Below are positions 1 through 12,784 of a stretch of DNA of 64,000 nucleotides, piece by piece. This DNA is from Eledone cirrhosa. Lineage: Eukaryota. Position 1 is the stretch's first letter; each line of letters starts with the position of its first letter. Made by a program: the position numbers and the translations under genes. The stretch is from assembly GCA_964016885.1 (NCBI GenBank), contig OZ024741.1, positions 172,422,001-172,486,000 on the forward strand. The letters run 5' to 3'. The notes under the pieces were generated by a model, which ran no database searches, had not been told where the DNA came from, and saw only the letters and a program-made list of their open reading frames with translations.

Positions 1-199
1 AAACAAAGCGAAACACAATATCAGAGTTATGCTGGCAAGCGCTCCATGGACCATATAGAGACCAGAGCAATAAACATACGTTATAAAGGCCAAACAAACT
101 TAGATGGCGGTCAAGAAGCCATCAACAACCTAAGCCAAAAAGACGAGGCAAGCCAAACAGGTCAACAAAATAAATGAAATATATATATATATATATATC

Positions 200-1272
200 A
201 AAAATGGCGGGCTGCGTGGTTTCAAATGGCTTACATATGAATAAAATTAGTCCTTCATCAGTGATCTTCCAGCCTTCATTGGTATTTATTCGCTTTAAAG
301 ATCATATACCTCTGGTTGGTGCGAGCAATAGAGCAATAACTAAAGAAAGTTATTGGGACACGTAAAATAGGATGAAGCGAGCGAGACATGTAAACAAACA
401 TAGATGGTAATGCAACGGAAAGAGAAGAAGAGAAGAGACAAGTCCGTGATATCTATGAACTTAAGTTCTGTGAAATCATAGACGAGAGATAAAGACCTGG
501 GTGAGATGTGAGCGAGAAAAGGATTTCACGCAGGTCAAACGGGGGGAAGTGAGAGAGGGTGAGTAGCAGAGTGTGAGTGAATGAGAGTGTGAGGAAGAGG
601 CCAGCTGAGAGAGAGTGACTGGCTATACCTCTGGTTGGTGCGAGCAATAACTAAAAAAAAGTTATTTGGACACGTAAATTAGGGTGAAGCAAGCGAGACA
701 TGTAAACAAACATAGATGGTAATGCAACGAAAAGAGAGGAAGAGAAGAAACAAGTCCGTGATATCTATGAACTTAAGTTCTGTGAAATCATAGACGAGAG
801 ATAAAGACCACCCGAACTGGGTATTATGTGAGCGAGAAAAGGGTTTCACACAGGTCAAACAGGAGGAAGTGAGGGAGGGGGAGTAGCAGAGGGTGAGTGA
901 GTGAAAGTGTAAGGAAGAGGCCAGCTGAGAGAGAGACTGGCAGAGGGGGTAAAAGGAGGGTGAGAGAAACAGAGAAAGGGGAGGCAGTAAAAAAAAATAG
1001 ACAGGTCACAGCGGAGGAAAAAATATAAATATATGAAAAATTGCGGGCTGCGTGGTTGCAAATGGGTTACATATGAATAAAATTAGTCCTTCATCAGTGA
1101 TTTTCCAACCTTCATTGGTATTTCTTCGCTTTAAAGATCATATACCTCTGGTTGGTGCAAGCAATAACTAAGAAAGTTATTGGGACACGTAAAATAGGGT
1201 GAAACGAGCGAGACATGTAAACAAACATAGATGGTTTGCATTACCATCTATGTTTGTTTACATGTCTCGCTC
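200..1272. repeat. Partial tandem repeat array ending in a perfect fold-back hairpin (PLE pLTR-like)
   Basis: ~305-625 recurs at ~625-940, and ~200-410 recurs at ~1035-1235. The array ends in the hairpin gagcgagacatgtaaacaaacatagatggt-ttgcatt-accatctatgtttgtttacatgtctcgctc (~1206-1272). The same family appears at ~50555-50655. Confidence 0.75.
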
Positions 1273-1443
1273 GCTATATGGATATAAAATATACCGAAGC
1301 CAGAACCAATCCAAACCAAACAGTGGGTGTTTTATTATATATTTCTAGCAATATTATAACAATATGACCCTCCCACAATATGACAATATTTATTTCAACA
1401 CATGATTTCATATAAAAAATCTTGCAAAACAAATTCATAGCCG

Positions 1444-1485
<42 letters not shown>

Positions 1486-1532
1486 CGTGTAAAAGTAATC
1501 AAAGAACGCCGACATACTCATACAATTTATTT

Positions 1533-1577
1533 GCTGACAATGTTTCATCCATACCATTTGGCAGGAATCATCAGAGC
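1533..1577 (-). ncRNA. Minimal type-I hammerhead ribozyme motif
   Basis: Minus strand reads GCT-CTGATGA-TTCCTGCCA AA TGGTATGGAT-GAAAC-ATT-GTC-AGC. The core is canonical, the site is GUC, and stem I is GCT/AGC. Confidence 0.75.
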
Positions 1578-2980
1578 TTTATATACAAAAATACAGTGCT
1601 GAGTATAAGCTCTACCGAGCTTAGTCACATGAACATTAGAAATACAATAGAGGGCATCAAGAGGGAGATCGTGAATAGCGAGTATGGAGAGAGTGCATAG
1701 TGGGGTTGTTATTCAGCACTACAGCTAAATGCAATGGTACAGGCACATATTTTCACAAAATGCAGAAGCACGTGAGGGCACATAAAGGCAAAAAGTATAA
1801 ACAATAGTTAAAACATATAATAAAAAGTAAAAGGAAAATAATGATATAAAGAGATAAAAAAATTTTAAAAATTAAAAAAGAAAAAAGAAAGAGAAAAAGT
1901 TTTAAAGCACACAAAAAACAGAGGAAGCTATGCGATGGTCACTATATATAACAGGTGATTTAGCTCTCCATAACTTAGAGTTATAGAAATACTAAAAGGC
2001 TCCCAAGATATATTCAGAAAGCCCAAATGGGATTTTATTCCTCCCCATAGTATACATAATCAAGGTATACTAGTAGTTTACGGAATTATGTGGAATATGG
2101 GTGCTAAACCTGTATATAGACAGGTACCACATAAATACAAGCCAAACACAAGCAAAGCGGGGTTAATGCATGATCAGGCTAAAGAAAAAATACATAACAG
2201 AAATGGTTTAGTTCCTGAAACATCACACATCGGGCGAGGAGTCACTACATATGTGTATCTACCGTAGAGGTTAGGCCAATCGGTTTCATATGCCTCGATT
2301 GTCTAGAGTTATGAAGATATTGGATTATCCGTAGATAATAATTCGGTCCACACTTTACAACATAAAGTAGATCATCCGTAAAGTGCAATCCAGACGGATA
2401 TATACGATTACCAAAACAAAACATCACATATAGTAACATGCAATACAGGCTGAATATACACATAAAAAAATCCCCACATGTTCAAAATCCCAGATCGGAT
2501 CGTGAAGTACAGTGTGTTCAAGTTGCAGCTCCAAATTCTGTACATCCAAAATCGTCACACCTAATCCAGCAGCGAACACATCAAAACAATGCCAGGTTAA
2601 GTGTAGTTGTAATTTACCGTTGACCAAACGCATACAGCACGTGGATTAACAATCTATACAAAATATACAAAATAGAAAAATAACACAAAGTGCTCAAATC
2701 AGTAAATCCACCATGTACCACGGTATGTCTATTAGGTAGGGTCATACGCAACAGGCATATAAAAAAATTATCTAAGACAGCTTACATACCCCGCAGAAAT
2801 TTAGGAGTTCGGCTCCATAAAAAATAAACACACGCTACATATAAGCAAAAGGGATATTCAATGTGTTGGGAATTCAACAAATATAAATGTTTATAACTGA
2901 TTCAGAGCACTCGACAGTTTTCTGGAGTATAATATTCAATGATATTAAATAAATCGAAACTATATTTATAAAACCATATT

Positions 2981-3041
2981 TATTCTATTATATATATTTC
3001 AAGGATACCAAAACTTTGGTACGCTTTCATCAGATAAAATA
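2981..3041 (-). ncRNA. Minimal type-I hammerhead ribozyme motif
   Basis: Minus strand reads TATTTTAT-CTGATGA-AAGCGTACCAAA GT TTTGGTATCCTT-GAAA-TATATA-TA-ATAGAATA. The surrounding 2860-3070 is the same family as 7540-7760. Confidence 0.75.
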
Positions 3042-3778
3042 CAAAGTTTGTTTTATAAATGTTGACATAACCAAGGAAAGATACCTTAACGGTTCAAGTT
3101 TTCCTTGGATAGTGAAGGGATAAGAGAAGAAAAGTCAGATATTTCAAATTATTAAGATGAGTATGCAAATGAGGTAGAGGTATAGGGCTGAAAACAACGT
3201 TATTTTAGACGCTATGCAGAATTTAAATGTATGAGTAGGAAGAAGAGCTTGTATTTACGTTAATTTAAAAGGAAAGATGGAATATGATTCCAGAATTTAA
3301 ATTCATTTAGCTAAATTATGAGTTATAATAATGTATATATAATCAATTAGATTATATGAAGAATTATGGTTGTAAGTATATTTTATCTTATTACATTACA
3401 ATAGGTTATAAGTATATAAATATATATATAAATTAATAATTGTGCATGTATAAGTATTATAGAAATAGAAATAATTTACAATTGTTAGTTGTTTACATGA
3501 GTTACGAAGGATGTTGATTTTGCATTCTACATAAAAAAAACAGGTGGTTCAAGTTGTAAGAGGAGAACAATTTGTAGATTCGAATATTTTGTTCCAAAAT
3601 TGAAAATGTTTTCAGAATATTGTTAATTTAGCTAATTTATATAGTTTATCGTACATATTATATTATATGTTTATGTTTGCACGATTGAAAAGGGAAAGAT
3701 AACTCCAATCTTGTTTGTCAACCGTTAAATTTGATGAATGATTTGCTCAGAAAATATATAGAGAAAATCATATATTAT

Positions 3779-4267
3779 TGTCAGCTTATCTCCCTTTGTT
3801 TTTTGAAAAAAGAAGTGACATAGTCACTACTTTAAAGCAATAGCGTAAGGTCTTCAAAATGCTTTTAATTAAGCATACAGTGTATTACAAAATACATTAT
3901 ATATACATTCATATATATATCTCTATTTCAGAGCACCAATTCTAATTGTCAATTGTTGCTGGTCCGGCAACCGCTCTGTATAATCAGTTCCTGATTATTA
4001 CTGGAATTCTATAAGAATCCAACATTCATAATTTTCAACAAACTAGGGCAGTGCTAATCTCTGAGGAATATCAACAGTATAAAACAGAGATCTGTCAGCT
4101 TATCTCCCTTTGTTGTTGAAAAAAGAAGTAAGTGACATAGTCACTACTTTAAAACAATAGCGTAAGGTCTTCAAAATGCTTTAATTAAGCATACAGTGTA
4201 TTGCAAAATACACTATATATACATTCATATATATATATATCGCTATTTCAGAGCACCAATTCTAATT
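3779..4267 (+). repeat. ~170-bp direct duplication with a degenerate hammerhead-like motif (4057-4100) at the start of the second copy
   Basis: tgtcagcttatctccc...cagagcaccaattctaatt occurs at 3779-3947 and 4093-4267. A related fragment lies at ~57060-57100. Confidence 0.7.
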
Positions 4268-4384
4268 TTCATATATATATATATATATCCGTATGTGATT
4301 GATAGCTGAGCAAAAAGAGTATTTAACACCAAAATACAGTTACATTTCAGTGCATGCTACTTAGATATTATCCTGGAATCAATC

Positions 4385-4720
4385 ATGGCCTTTACCAACA
4401 TTTTCGAGGCAGATAAGATGTTACTGCTTGGAAATTTCAAAGCACATGAGGGAAGGAACGATATCAATTGGGCAAAAGAAGATGACCAATATGCTTCTTC
4501 TCTTGCAACTATGCACTGAATAAAAAGTTAAGCTTGTGCAATAAATACTTTCTTCCAACAAAGGGTATCCACAAAATAATTGAGGGTAGCCGGGGCAAAG
4601 TTTCAAAGCGCATTAATGTGTCCAAATTGCAATGTTTAGAAATGCGTGATACTCTTCATAATGTACTTAACAACATTGTCTTTGATGGAACTTGAATCAG
4701 TTTAAAACACTGGTTTACGA
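4385..4720 (+). mobile_element. Degenerate LINE (RTE-like) AP-endonuclease fragment
   Basis: Translates to KMLLLGNFKAHEGR (compare LLGDFNAHVG) and LLLQLCTE; interrupted by stops. Confidence 0.45.
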
Positions 4721-5129
4721 TACTGGGTTGATGTACTCGGTTTTAAGAAGACAACATGATGCTGCAATCACCGGACTCATGGAAAAGAAGAGAAGAACAA
4801 ACTGTATATGAAGTACCTTGTTGCAGTGTGAACCATATTTGAGAAAAATAAACAAAGTCATTACTAAATATGGAACACAAGAGATGAAGAATACCTGGTG
4901 GTCTGAGGTTTTAGCCGAAAAACAGTAAGCTTATTACTGCAGAGATCTAAAGGCAGTATATTGCACAATAAGGCAAATGATTGGCCCACAAAGTGCTCCT
5001 ATTGAAATCTTAAATCTTTTCTTTAAACATAATAACAAAAATTCATTAAAAAAAATTACCAATTATCATTTATATTTTATAATTCATAAAATAATGATCT
5101 AGTGTTTCTTGCATAAAACTAGCATATGA

Positions 5130-6410
5130 ACAGCTTTTAGAATGTGTAAAGGCCGGGAGATTTTTATGTGGCTCATATTCGGTATCCTGAGTCAAAGGAG
5201 TCTCGTCTTGAGGTATTCAGTCATTTCAAAAACTTTTGTTTACGGCCTTTTGTCGACCTTGAGAAAGCATATGACAGCGTTCTTCGGGACCTGCTATGGA
5301 AGTCTGTGCAGGAGTATGAGATGGATGGTCACCTTCTTGCTACCTTGATATCTCTATACGAATGCCCGAGTATTTGTGTTCGGATAAATGGTGCTAAATC
5401 GAAACCATTCAGTGGGGGAGTCGGACTCCGCCATGGGTGCGTACTCTAACCCGACCTGTTCATTATTTACATTAACAGTATTGACATGCGCAGCCGGGCT
5501 TGAAGTGATATCATGACTGGCGGGTGTAAAATCAGTCGGCTGGAATTTGCAGACGACATGGTGTTACTTATTTCGACAGAAGAGGATGTTCGACTTGCAT
5601 TTTATACGTTTGATTCCGAGCGCTGAATGGCTGGAGTGAAAATCAGTGCTGCAAAAACTGAGACACTCATCCTCTCAATGATGCCTGCGCAATGTATACT
5701 ACGTGTGAATGGAGTTCCACTGAAGCACGTAGATAGATTCAAGTATCTAGGGGCCGTGTTCACGAGTGATACAAGGCAGGAGATTGAATTAAGTGCAAGA
5801 ATTGCAAAAACTAGTGGAGTAATGCACCATTTTCAGAATTCAGTATTCAGAAGAAGGAAGGTAGCCGTTAAAGCGAAACGCGTTATCTTGAATTCGGTTT
5901 TGTGCCAACTTTTACCTATGGTCATGAATTTTGGGTTATAACCGAAAGAATACGATCGCGAATACAAGCGTCTGAAATGGGGTTCCTCGGACGTGTCTTT
6001 GGAGCAACATTTCACGATAGAGTGCGTAGTTCGGAGATCAGAGAGTCACTTCTGGTAGAACCGCTACTTCTCCGAATTGGGAGTTCACAGCTCTGATACT
6101 ATGGCAATGTGGTTAGATTGTCTCAGGAAAGAATCGCTAGACAGATTTTACGGGCCAAATCAACCGGCAAGGAGACCCAGGAGACCCCAAACAAGATGGT
6201 TTGATAACATCCATGAGCTTGGCTGGTTTCACTTCACATCCAGCCGGATCAGTTAGAGACCGATTGTTCCTGACAGGACCCGCCGGAGGGAGTAGTTGGG
6301 GACTCTGCACTCATCACCTTCTCAGGAATAAGTGGGAGAAGAAGAAGAAGAAGAAGAAGAAGAAGAAGAAGAAGAAGAAGAAGAAGAAGAAGAAGAAGAA
6401 GAAGAAGAAG
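5130..6410 (+). mobile_element. RTE-clade LINE 3' portion (degenerate reverse transcriptase) with (GAA)n tail
   Basis: Motifs FVDLEKAYDSV, GLRHGCVL, FADD, VDRFKYLG and RIQASEMGFLGR occur across frameshifted ORFs 5168-6096. (GAA)n runs 6337-6410. Confidence 0.9.
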
Positions 6411-7461
6411 GCGTTGGGTGGCCTTCATTAGCTCGAAAACCAGTACAGTGGAATTTTAATTACATAACAGTCGATAACAGCGTCGTCAGTTTTTTCATAT
6501 GTTGCGCACTTGTCTTCGGCAAAATGCCAATGGTGCAATACTACCCTTCAGATAGCTTCTCTTTCTCACGCACACATCTGTTATCATCAATTTTCGTGGT
6601 GGACCAGATTCATGAAATGGTTAATCCCAGATAATTTCCCAGAATTTCTGTACACAATGAACTTAATGCTACCCAGGTCTTTCCCCTTTATTGTTCATTC
6701 ACTTATATGCTTTTCAGATATCACGGATGAGCAGAATATTGTCAAGCAAAAGAGCAGCTTTAAGATCGGGTGTCTTGCATATTGAGCCTTGAAAATAGGA
6801 TTGGAAATTCTATTCGACGATATCCTAGATATGAGAGCAGAAACGTTTATCCTCTCTTATCTTCATTTAACGAAATCCAGATTCCAAGCTCCAAGCACAT
6901 TTCTGTATTCATCAATTACAGCCTTGTTGAATTTATAGCCGAAACCTGAAATTAAGGTATTGAGAAAATCAATAAGTAACACAATTACAGCGTGGAAGCG
7001 TCACGTTTAGAAGCACAAAAAATCTAAACATTACATTAATTTAATTGTTGGTGTCAAACATTTAACATGAAGAAATAAATGATAAAAATGAAATAAAGAT
7101 AAATGATTTTATGTGATTTTCAATGGCTAACATGACTCTCTTCCACGCTATAATTACAACATAGGGTCTCAGATCAAGTCACTCGCTAGAAAAGTACAAC
7201 TCAGATAATCAAAATTTAAGTCAATTAAGTATAGGTTTTTCGACTTATCGGGGATATGTTTTGATTTATGAAAACATTGTCAGTTAGGAATTACTACACT
7301 TTGCCACTAGCTAACGGATACTTATTCAAGCAGAGAAATAGTGAAGCCTAGAAGCCCACTTAGATGTTGCAAATGTTGCAGTTTTTTTTATTTTATTTTT
7401 ATTACCAATCAGCATTATCGTCTCGTTTGACTTGTTGAGAGATCTTGAAATATCGAATAAT

Positions 7462-7528
<67 letters not shown>

Positions 7529-7658
7529 GCAAAAGTTCTATTTAAATTGTTGGGATACAACAAGCAAATATTTTTATAACTGATATAAAGCACTCGACAA
7601 GTATTTGGAGTAAATATACGATATTAACAAATGGAAACTATATTTATAAAACCATATC

Positions 7659-7723
7659 TATTTTATTATACATATTTCAAGGATACCATGTTAAATTATG
7701 GTATGCTTTCATCAGACAAAATA
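7659..7723 (-). ncRNA. Hammerhead ribozyme motif (left arm)
   Basis: Minus strand reads TATTTTGT-CTGATGA-AAGCATACCAT AATTTAAC ATGGTATCCTT-GAAA-TATGTA-TA-ATAAAATA. Confidence 0.75.
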
Positions 7724-7892
7724 CAATATATACCAGTTTTATAAATAAATATTGACATACCCTTTCAAAATGCAACCGTTACTTTTGGAAGACATCTACT
7801 GGAATATGTGTACTATCCTGATGTCTTCCACAAGTAACGGTTGCATTTTGAAAGGGTATGTCAATATTTATTTATAAAACTGGTATATATTG

Positions 7893-7957
7893 TATTTTGT
7901 CTGATGAAAGCATAGCATAATTTAACATGGTGTCCTTGAAATATGTATAATAAAATA
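7893..7957 (+). ncRNA. Hammerhead ribozyme motif (right arm)
   Basis: tattttgt-ctgatga-aagcatagcat aatttaac atggtgtcctt-gaaa-tatgta-ta-ataaaata. Confidence 0.7.
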
Positions 7958-7996
7958 GATATGGTTTTATAAATATAGTTTCCATTTGTCAATATC

Positions 7997-8045
<49 letters not shown>

Positions 8046-8347
8046 GCATGTTTGTTGCATATTATATATAAATAATACATATCTGTTGCATATATTATAT
8101 TTATATATATGTGTGTATGTGTGTGTGTGTCTATATTTCATTAATGATTCATCGATGATCACATTTCTATAACCAATGATATGCACTGCTAAATGGGTAG
8201 CACTAATTAGGTTTGAAGCAAAACAAATAAAAATATTAACTACTCTCTCTTTCTTTCACCCTCTCTCACCCCCCCTCTCTCTCTCTCTCTCTCTCACCCT
8301 CTCTCCCTCTCTCGCTCTCTTAGTCTCATTCTCAGTCTCTCTCACTT

Positions 8348-8378
<31 letters not shown>

Positions 8379-8599
8379 CTATCTCTTTCACTGAACTCCT
8401 TCTGTCTCCCACTATACCTTCTCCCTTCTGTTTCTTTTTTCCGTATGCATGAGTAAATATGCTTCAGTGGTGGAAAATCGATTTTCCATCTGCAATATGA
8501 CATCTTGTTATCGCTTAGATCGAAACAATACTAGAATTGTTTACTGTTGCTATTCAAAAAAATACAACTTATAAAACTATATATGCAGCCATTTTTCCC

Positions 8600-9200
8600 G
8601 TTTCATTTTTGTTTGGTCACACGCATTCACATACATACACATACACACGCGAATATGTGTGTTTATACTTTTATTTGGTGACACGCATTCACATACATAT
8701 ACACATTCACACACATTCACACACATACACACATTCACACACATTCACATACACACGGGAACATGTGTTTAGTCTTTTGTTTGGTCACACAGTCACATTC
8801 ATACACATACACACGCGATTATATGTGTTTATACGTTTGTTTGGTCACACACATTCGCATACACACAGATACACACGCGATTGTATGTGTGCTTATACTT
8901 TTGTTTGGTCACACACATTCGCATACACACAGATACACACGCGATTATATGTGTGTTTATACTTTTGTTTGGTCACACACATTCACATACATACACATAC
9001 ACACGCGATTATATGTGTTTATACTTTTGTTTGGTCACACACATTCGCATACACACAGATACACACGCGATTGTATGTGTGTTTATACTTTTGTTTGGTC
9101 ACACATTCACATACATACACATACACACGCGATTGTATGTATGCTTATACTTTTGTTTGGTCACACACATTCACATACATACACATATACACGCGAATAT
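8600..9200. repeat. Minisatellite, ~60-64 bp unit
   Basis: About 9 copies of gtttatacttttgtttggtcacacacattc(g/a)catacacacagatacacacgcgatt(g/a)tatgtgt. Confidence 0.9.
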
Positions 9201-9329
9201 ATGTGAATTTATGTATATCTATATATACATTATACACGGACACATACCAATCTAATGTTCGTCTACAATATGCATGTATGTAGATAGGTTATTAGGTAGG
9301 TGAGTAGTTGTGCATGTATGTATGTATGT

Positions 9330-9535
9330 TGGGTCACCCTTCAGTGATCCTGGTAACATGTAACCCAGTACACCCTGTCGGCGACAAAACCGGCACCCCA
9401 CCAAGTTTACTTGGTGAGGAGGGGTTTTTTGGACATCCTGCAGCACAAAAAAACAAAACCTGATAAAGGGTGGAAGAACTCATAAGAGTCAACGGCCATC
9501 CAACAATGTGTAAATATGCATATAGATATATTCAT

Positions 9536-9593
<58 letters not shown>

Positions 9594-9975
9594 ATGCTAT
9601 TGTATGTATATGTGCAAGGACAGAAATAATCGGGCGGGATACCCGATCGCGCGGTTAAACCACTGGGAGTGAAGGACCCCTAGCCTTAGTCTGGGTATTC
9701 TTCTAGGAGAAGGCAACTCAGGAAACTGGGATAACTCCGACATAAAACATGCGGCTCAGTAGTTACCGATGGTGTTGATCTTTTTTTCTTTTCGGATTAT
9801 AGCTACTGTCGCTCAGAGAGTGGGATTGGCTCAGTGCACAGTCTTTCCTCACGTTAAAAAAAAATCTTCACGCACAGGCATTGCACGATAGCATTAATTG
9901 ATAATTATTGATAATATTATATCGTGCAATGGTCATACTCGATAACGAGGGACATACATCATGTATGTATGTGTA
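9330..9975 (+). mobile_element. Non-autonomous RTE-related retroposon with (ATGT)n tail
   Basis: Contains the RTE 5'UTR-like motif ttctaggagaaggcaactc. An inverse copy lies at 14550-14950, with fragments at 13490-13545 and 15080-15240. Confidence 0.7.
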
Positions 9976-10634
9976 CATGCATGTATACATGTATATATGC
10001 ATGTGTGTGTGTGTGTGTATGCATGTTTATACGCATATATATGTGTATCTCAGTAATTTTTGTCAATCCGGAAAATGTCAAGTATGCCGCCCTCTCTCCT
10101 TTGACTTGAACACCGTGAAAAGTTTTCAATGCTCACTTTGAGGCATTGCATTGACGTAGAAAAGTGACCTTTGATATACCATTGGTTTCAAGTGTCCTTG
10201 AACGGAGTAATATGATGTATTAGCGTGTGTGTATGCGCAGGAGTATATATTTTGCTGACACATTTACAGGAGGGACGTTGACATCGGTGAAAAATGTGAA
10301 ACCAAAAGGAACGCCGATAAGTAATGAAAGTCATGAAAGCATAATATTTCGCTGATTCAGACGTCTCTGTATACCGCTTCTAAAAGGCAGCTCTTTTGCA
10401 TTAAACCAAAACTAATTCACATAGAGTGCATTCAGACATGCACCCACACCCACACCCACACACACGCACCCAGACATACACAGAGAGAGAAAGACGCACG
10501 CACATGCATATATATGTGATTTGATTGTATAGTTCCACTTTTGAAGACATTTTGTAACTCTGTTTGTTGTTTCCTTGAACTATATATGAATTATTTTTAT
10601 ATCTACGTACTCTGATGTACTCTACGTACTCTGA

Positions 10635-10750
10635 TAAATTGGAGTGAAATCAACTGGTGCGTGTGTTTCTTATTGGCAACATGACCCTGCCAAAGCCTAA
10701 CAATATCGGTTTCAACACACGTTTTCAGATAAAGAATCTTGCTAAACAAA
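10635..10750. repeat. Interspersed repeat fragment fused to the 5' end of a PLE ORF
   Basis: ggtgcgtgtgtttcttattggcaacatgaccc...cagataaagaatcttgc is shared with 56760-56960, 22280-22380 and 1320-1440. Confidence 0.7.
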
Positions 10751-11175
10751 GGAGGGAGGGCCTCGACATCCACCTGGCTCACTCGGGCCCCTCCCTGCGA
10801 AGATGCCTCTCCAGGAAACCCGGGAAATCTACTGACGCGTGCTCCCTCAGAGACTGCCCGATACGCAATGCGAACTGTTGCCTACGCACATACGTCGTGT
10901 ATAAGATAGAATGTGACAGGTGCAACCAATACTATATAGGTAGAACAATCCGACCTTTGCACATCCGGATCAAGGAACACACTAAAACCAGGGCCTCGTC
11001 TTTCCGGAAACACATAGACAAATGCGGAAACAAAGACGGAGGGCCCATTGTCACAATTCTAGCGACTGAAAAAAACGTCGGCACGTTACGTATCAAGGAA
11101 GCGCTTTTTATCAAACGCCTTGCACTGCAAATAAACAATCGATCCGAGAGAAGCGAAATGAAGTGGCTGGTTTAA
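10750..11175 (+). mobile_element. Penelope-like element C-terminal GIY-YIG endonuclease (5'-truncated)
   Basis: Contains the Cys-rich CSLRDCPIRNANCC, then VVYKIECDRCNQYYIGRTIRPLHIRIKEH and LRIKEALFIK...QINN. Confidence 0.88.
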
Positions 11176-11569
11176 GTTAACAAACGATGCAGCAACACAC
11201 GCACACACACACAACACAAACGAGACAACTACACACGCACACACACACAGTAGCATTCCACCATACGAACATACTACACTGCCAATACAGAGGAACAAGG
11301 CAACAACACACACACACACACACACACACAAGCGAGACAACAACACACACGCACACACACACACAGTAACATTTAACAAACAGGCAGAGAATGGACTGAC
11401 AGCTATCACCACCCCACACCCTCATTCGGCCGCTGACCTCTGCCTGACCGACCCCATTTCACGCGCACGCGCGCTCTGCTGAATATCTCAGATATTCAAA
11501 ACAACAAACAGCGGAGAACGCGTTTCGCACCTTTCCGACAGACAACCTTTCCCCCACCCCGGAAAAAAA

Positions 11570-11605
11570 CCCCAGTTGATGGATGTGATTCCGAAATATA
11601 TAGGG
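11570..11605 (+). ncRNA. Degenerate hammerhead motif in the PLE 3' region
   Basis: CCC-CAGTTGA-TGGATGTGATTCC-GAAA-TATA-TA-GGG. The core differs at two positions from CTGATGA. Confidence 0.45.
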
Positions 11606-11815
11606 ACAATTAAATCTCTCCCAAGGTAACTCTCTCTCGTGTTCTTATTTTAATTTTATCCTTTATACTCTTTCCTTCATTCTTCTACACGTCTTATACA
11701 CACCACGCATCTCAACGTACACCCACTTACATCTCTCTCTCCACCATCGGATCTTGTTACCCGGAGATTTACCCATTTGCATTGTCGAGGCTTCCAAACG
11801 ACTTAAAGATATTTA

Positions 11816-11933
<118 letters not shown>

Positions 11934-12009
11934 TATGTATGTATATATATATATATATATTTCTTCCTTACAGCGCCAACAGTGGCCAGCAAATGTGAGT
12001 CTCTGTACA

Positions 12010-12283
12010 CGTATTCACCTGCTGATAGGTGGTATATCGCCATAGCGATCCTTATTTGTTGGGTGTTCTCTCCAAGACACGTTTAAAGCAGCGCGGTGAT
12101 GTGTTGTTATGGTGTCCATCTCATGGAGTAAGAAACGCTGCTCGTCCCAAGAAGACATACGTCAAGCAACTTGAGGACGATACTGGATGCACTGCGGAAG
12201 AACTGGCAAACGCTATGAGAGACAGAGATGGATGGAGGAAACGTGTCGTAGAAAGCCGAGCAAGCTCGACCTGATGATGATGA
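12010..12283 (+). mobile_element. RTE-type LINE 3' end with (TGA)n tail
   Basis: LLWCPSHGVRNAARPKKTYVKQLEDDTG...AMRDRDGWRKRV, followed by tgatgatgat. Confidence 0.8.
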
Positions 12284-12784
12284 TATATATATATATATAT
12301 ATTTATATATATCAAATGAAAAACCGGAGTTAAATACTCGCATTAATATCCTATAATTATTGTGCTCAAAGTATCAGAACTAGGCTCTTTACAATATAAT
12401 ATATAGAAATAAACACACAAAGAAATGTGTTTTGAATTACATGGGGTGAAAACCACTATGGTGCAATGCATATAATCTACGAAAAAAACGGACAATACAT
12501 CATAACCGAAAAAAGGGAATTAAAATGTACAACCATTTCAATAACTATTAAACTCCTGGACAAACTACAGATAGAGTTTGTTTCACCGAAAATTAGTGAC
12601 TGTCTCATAGTATCTCATGGATTTTCAACAGGAGTAACGGTAGTATGAACAGTATTCCTAAGGATAATTCAGGTAACTAAATATCGCATCTGGTATAGTA
12701 AGAGGAGTGAAAACACGCGCCATAGTAAGCACATAGTGGCACGAGTGGATCGTAAACCGGCTAGAAAGATCATCGCTTGTATAG

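Larger units (their letters stand above)
7614..8002. repeat. Fold-back palindrome (~180-bp arms) between (TA)n tracts
   Basis: 7614-7796 is the near-perfect reverse complement of 7820-8002. Confidence 0.95.

Noticed and set aside
215-265. CTGATGA...GAAAC hammerhead candidate on the minus strand
   Set aside because: No convincing stems I or III. The sister copies at ~1060 and ~50585 have GCAA instead of GAAA.
8537-9283. 248-aa ORF, or a CRISPR-like array
   Set aside because: It is the translation of a CA-rich minisatellite, and the units have no unique spacers.
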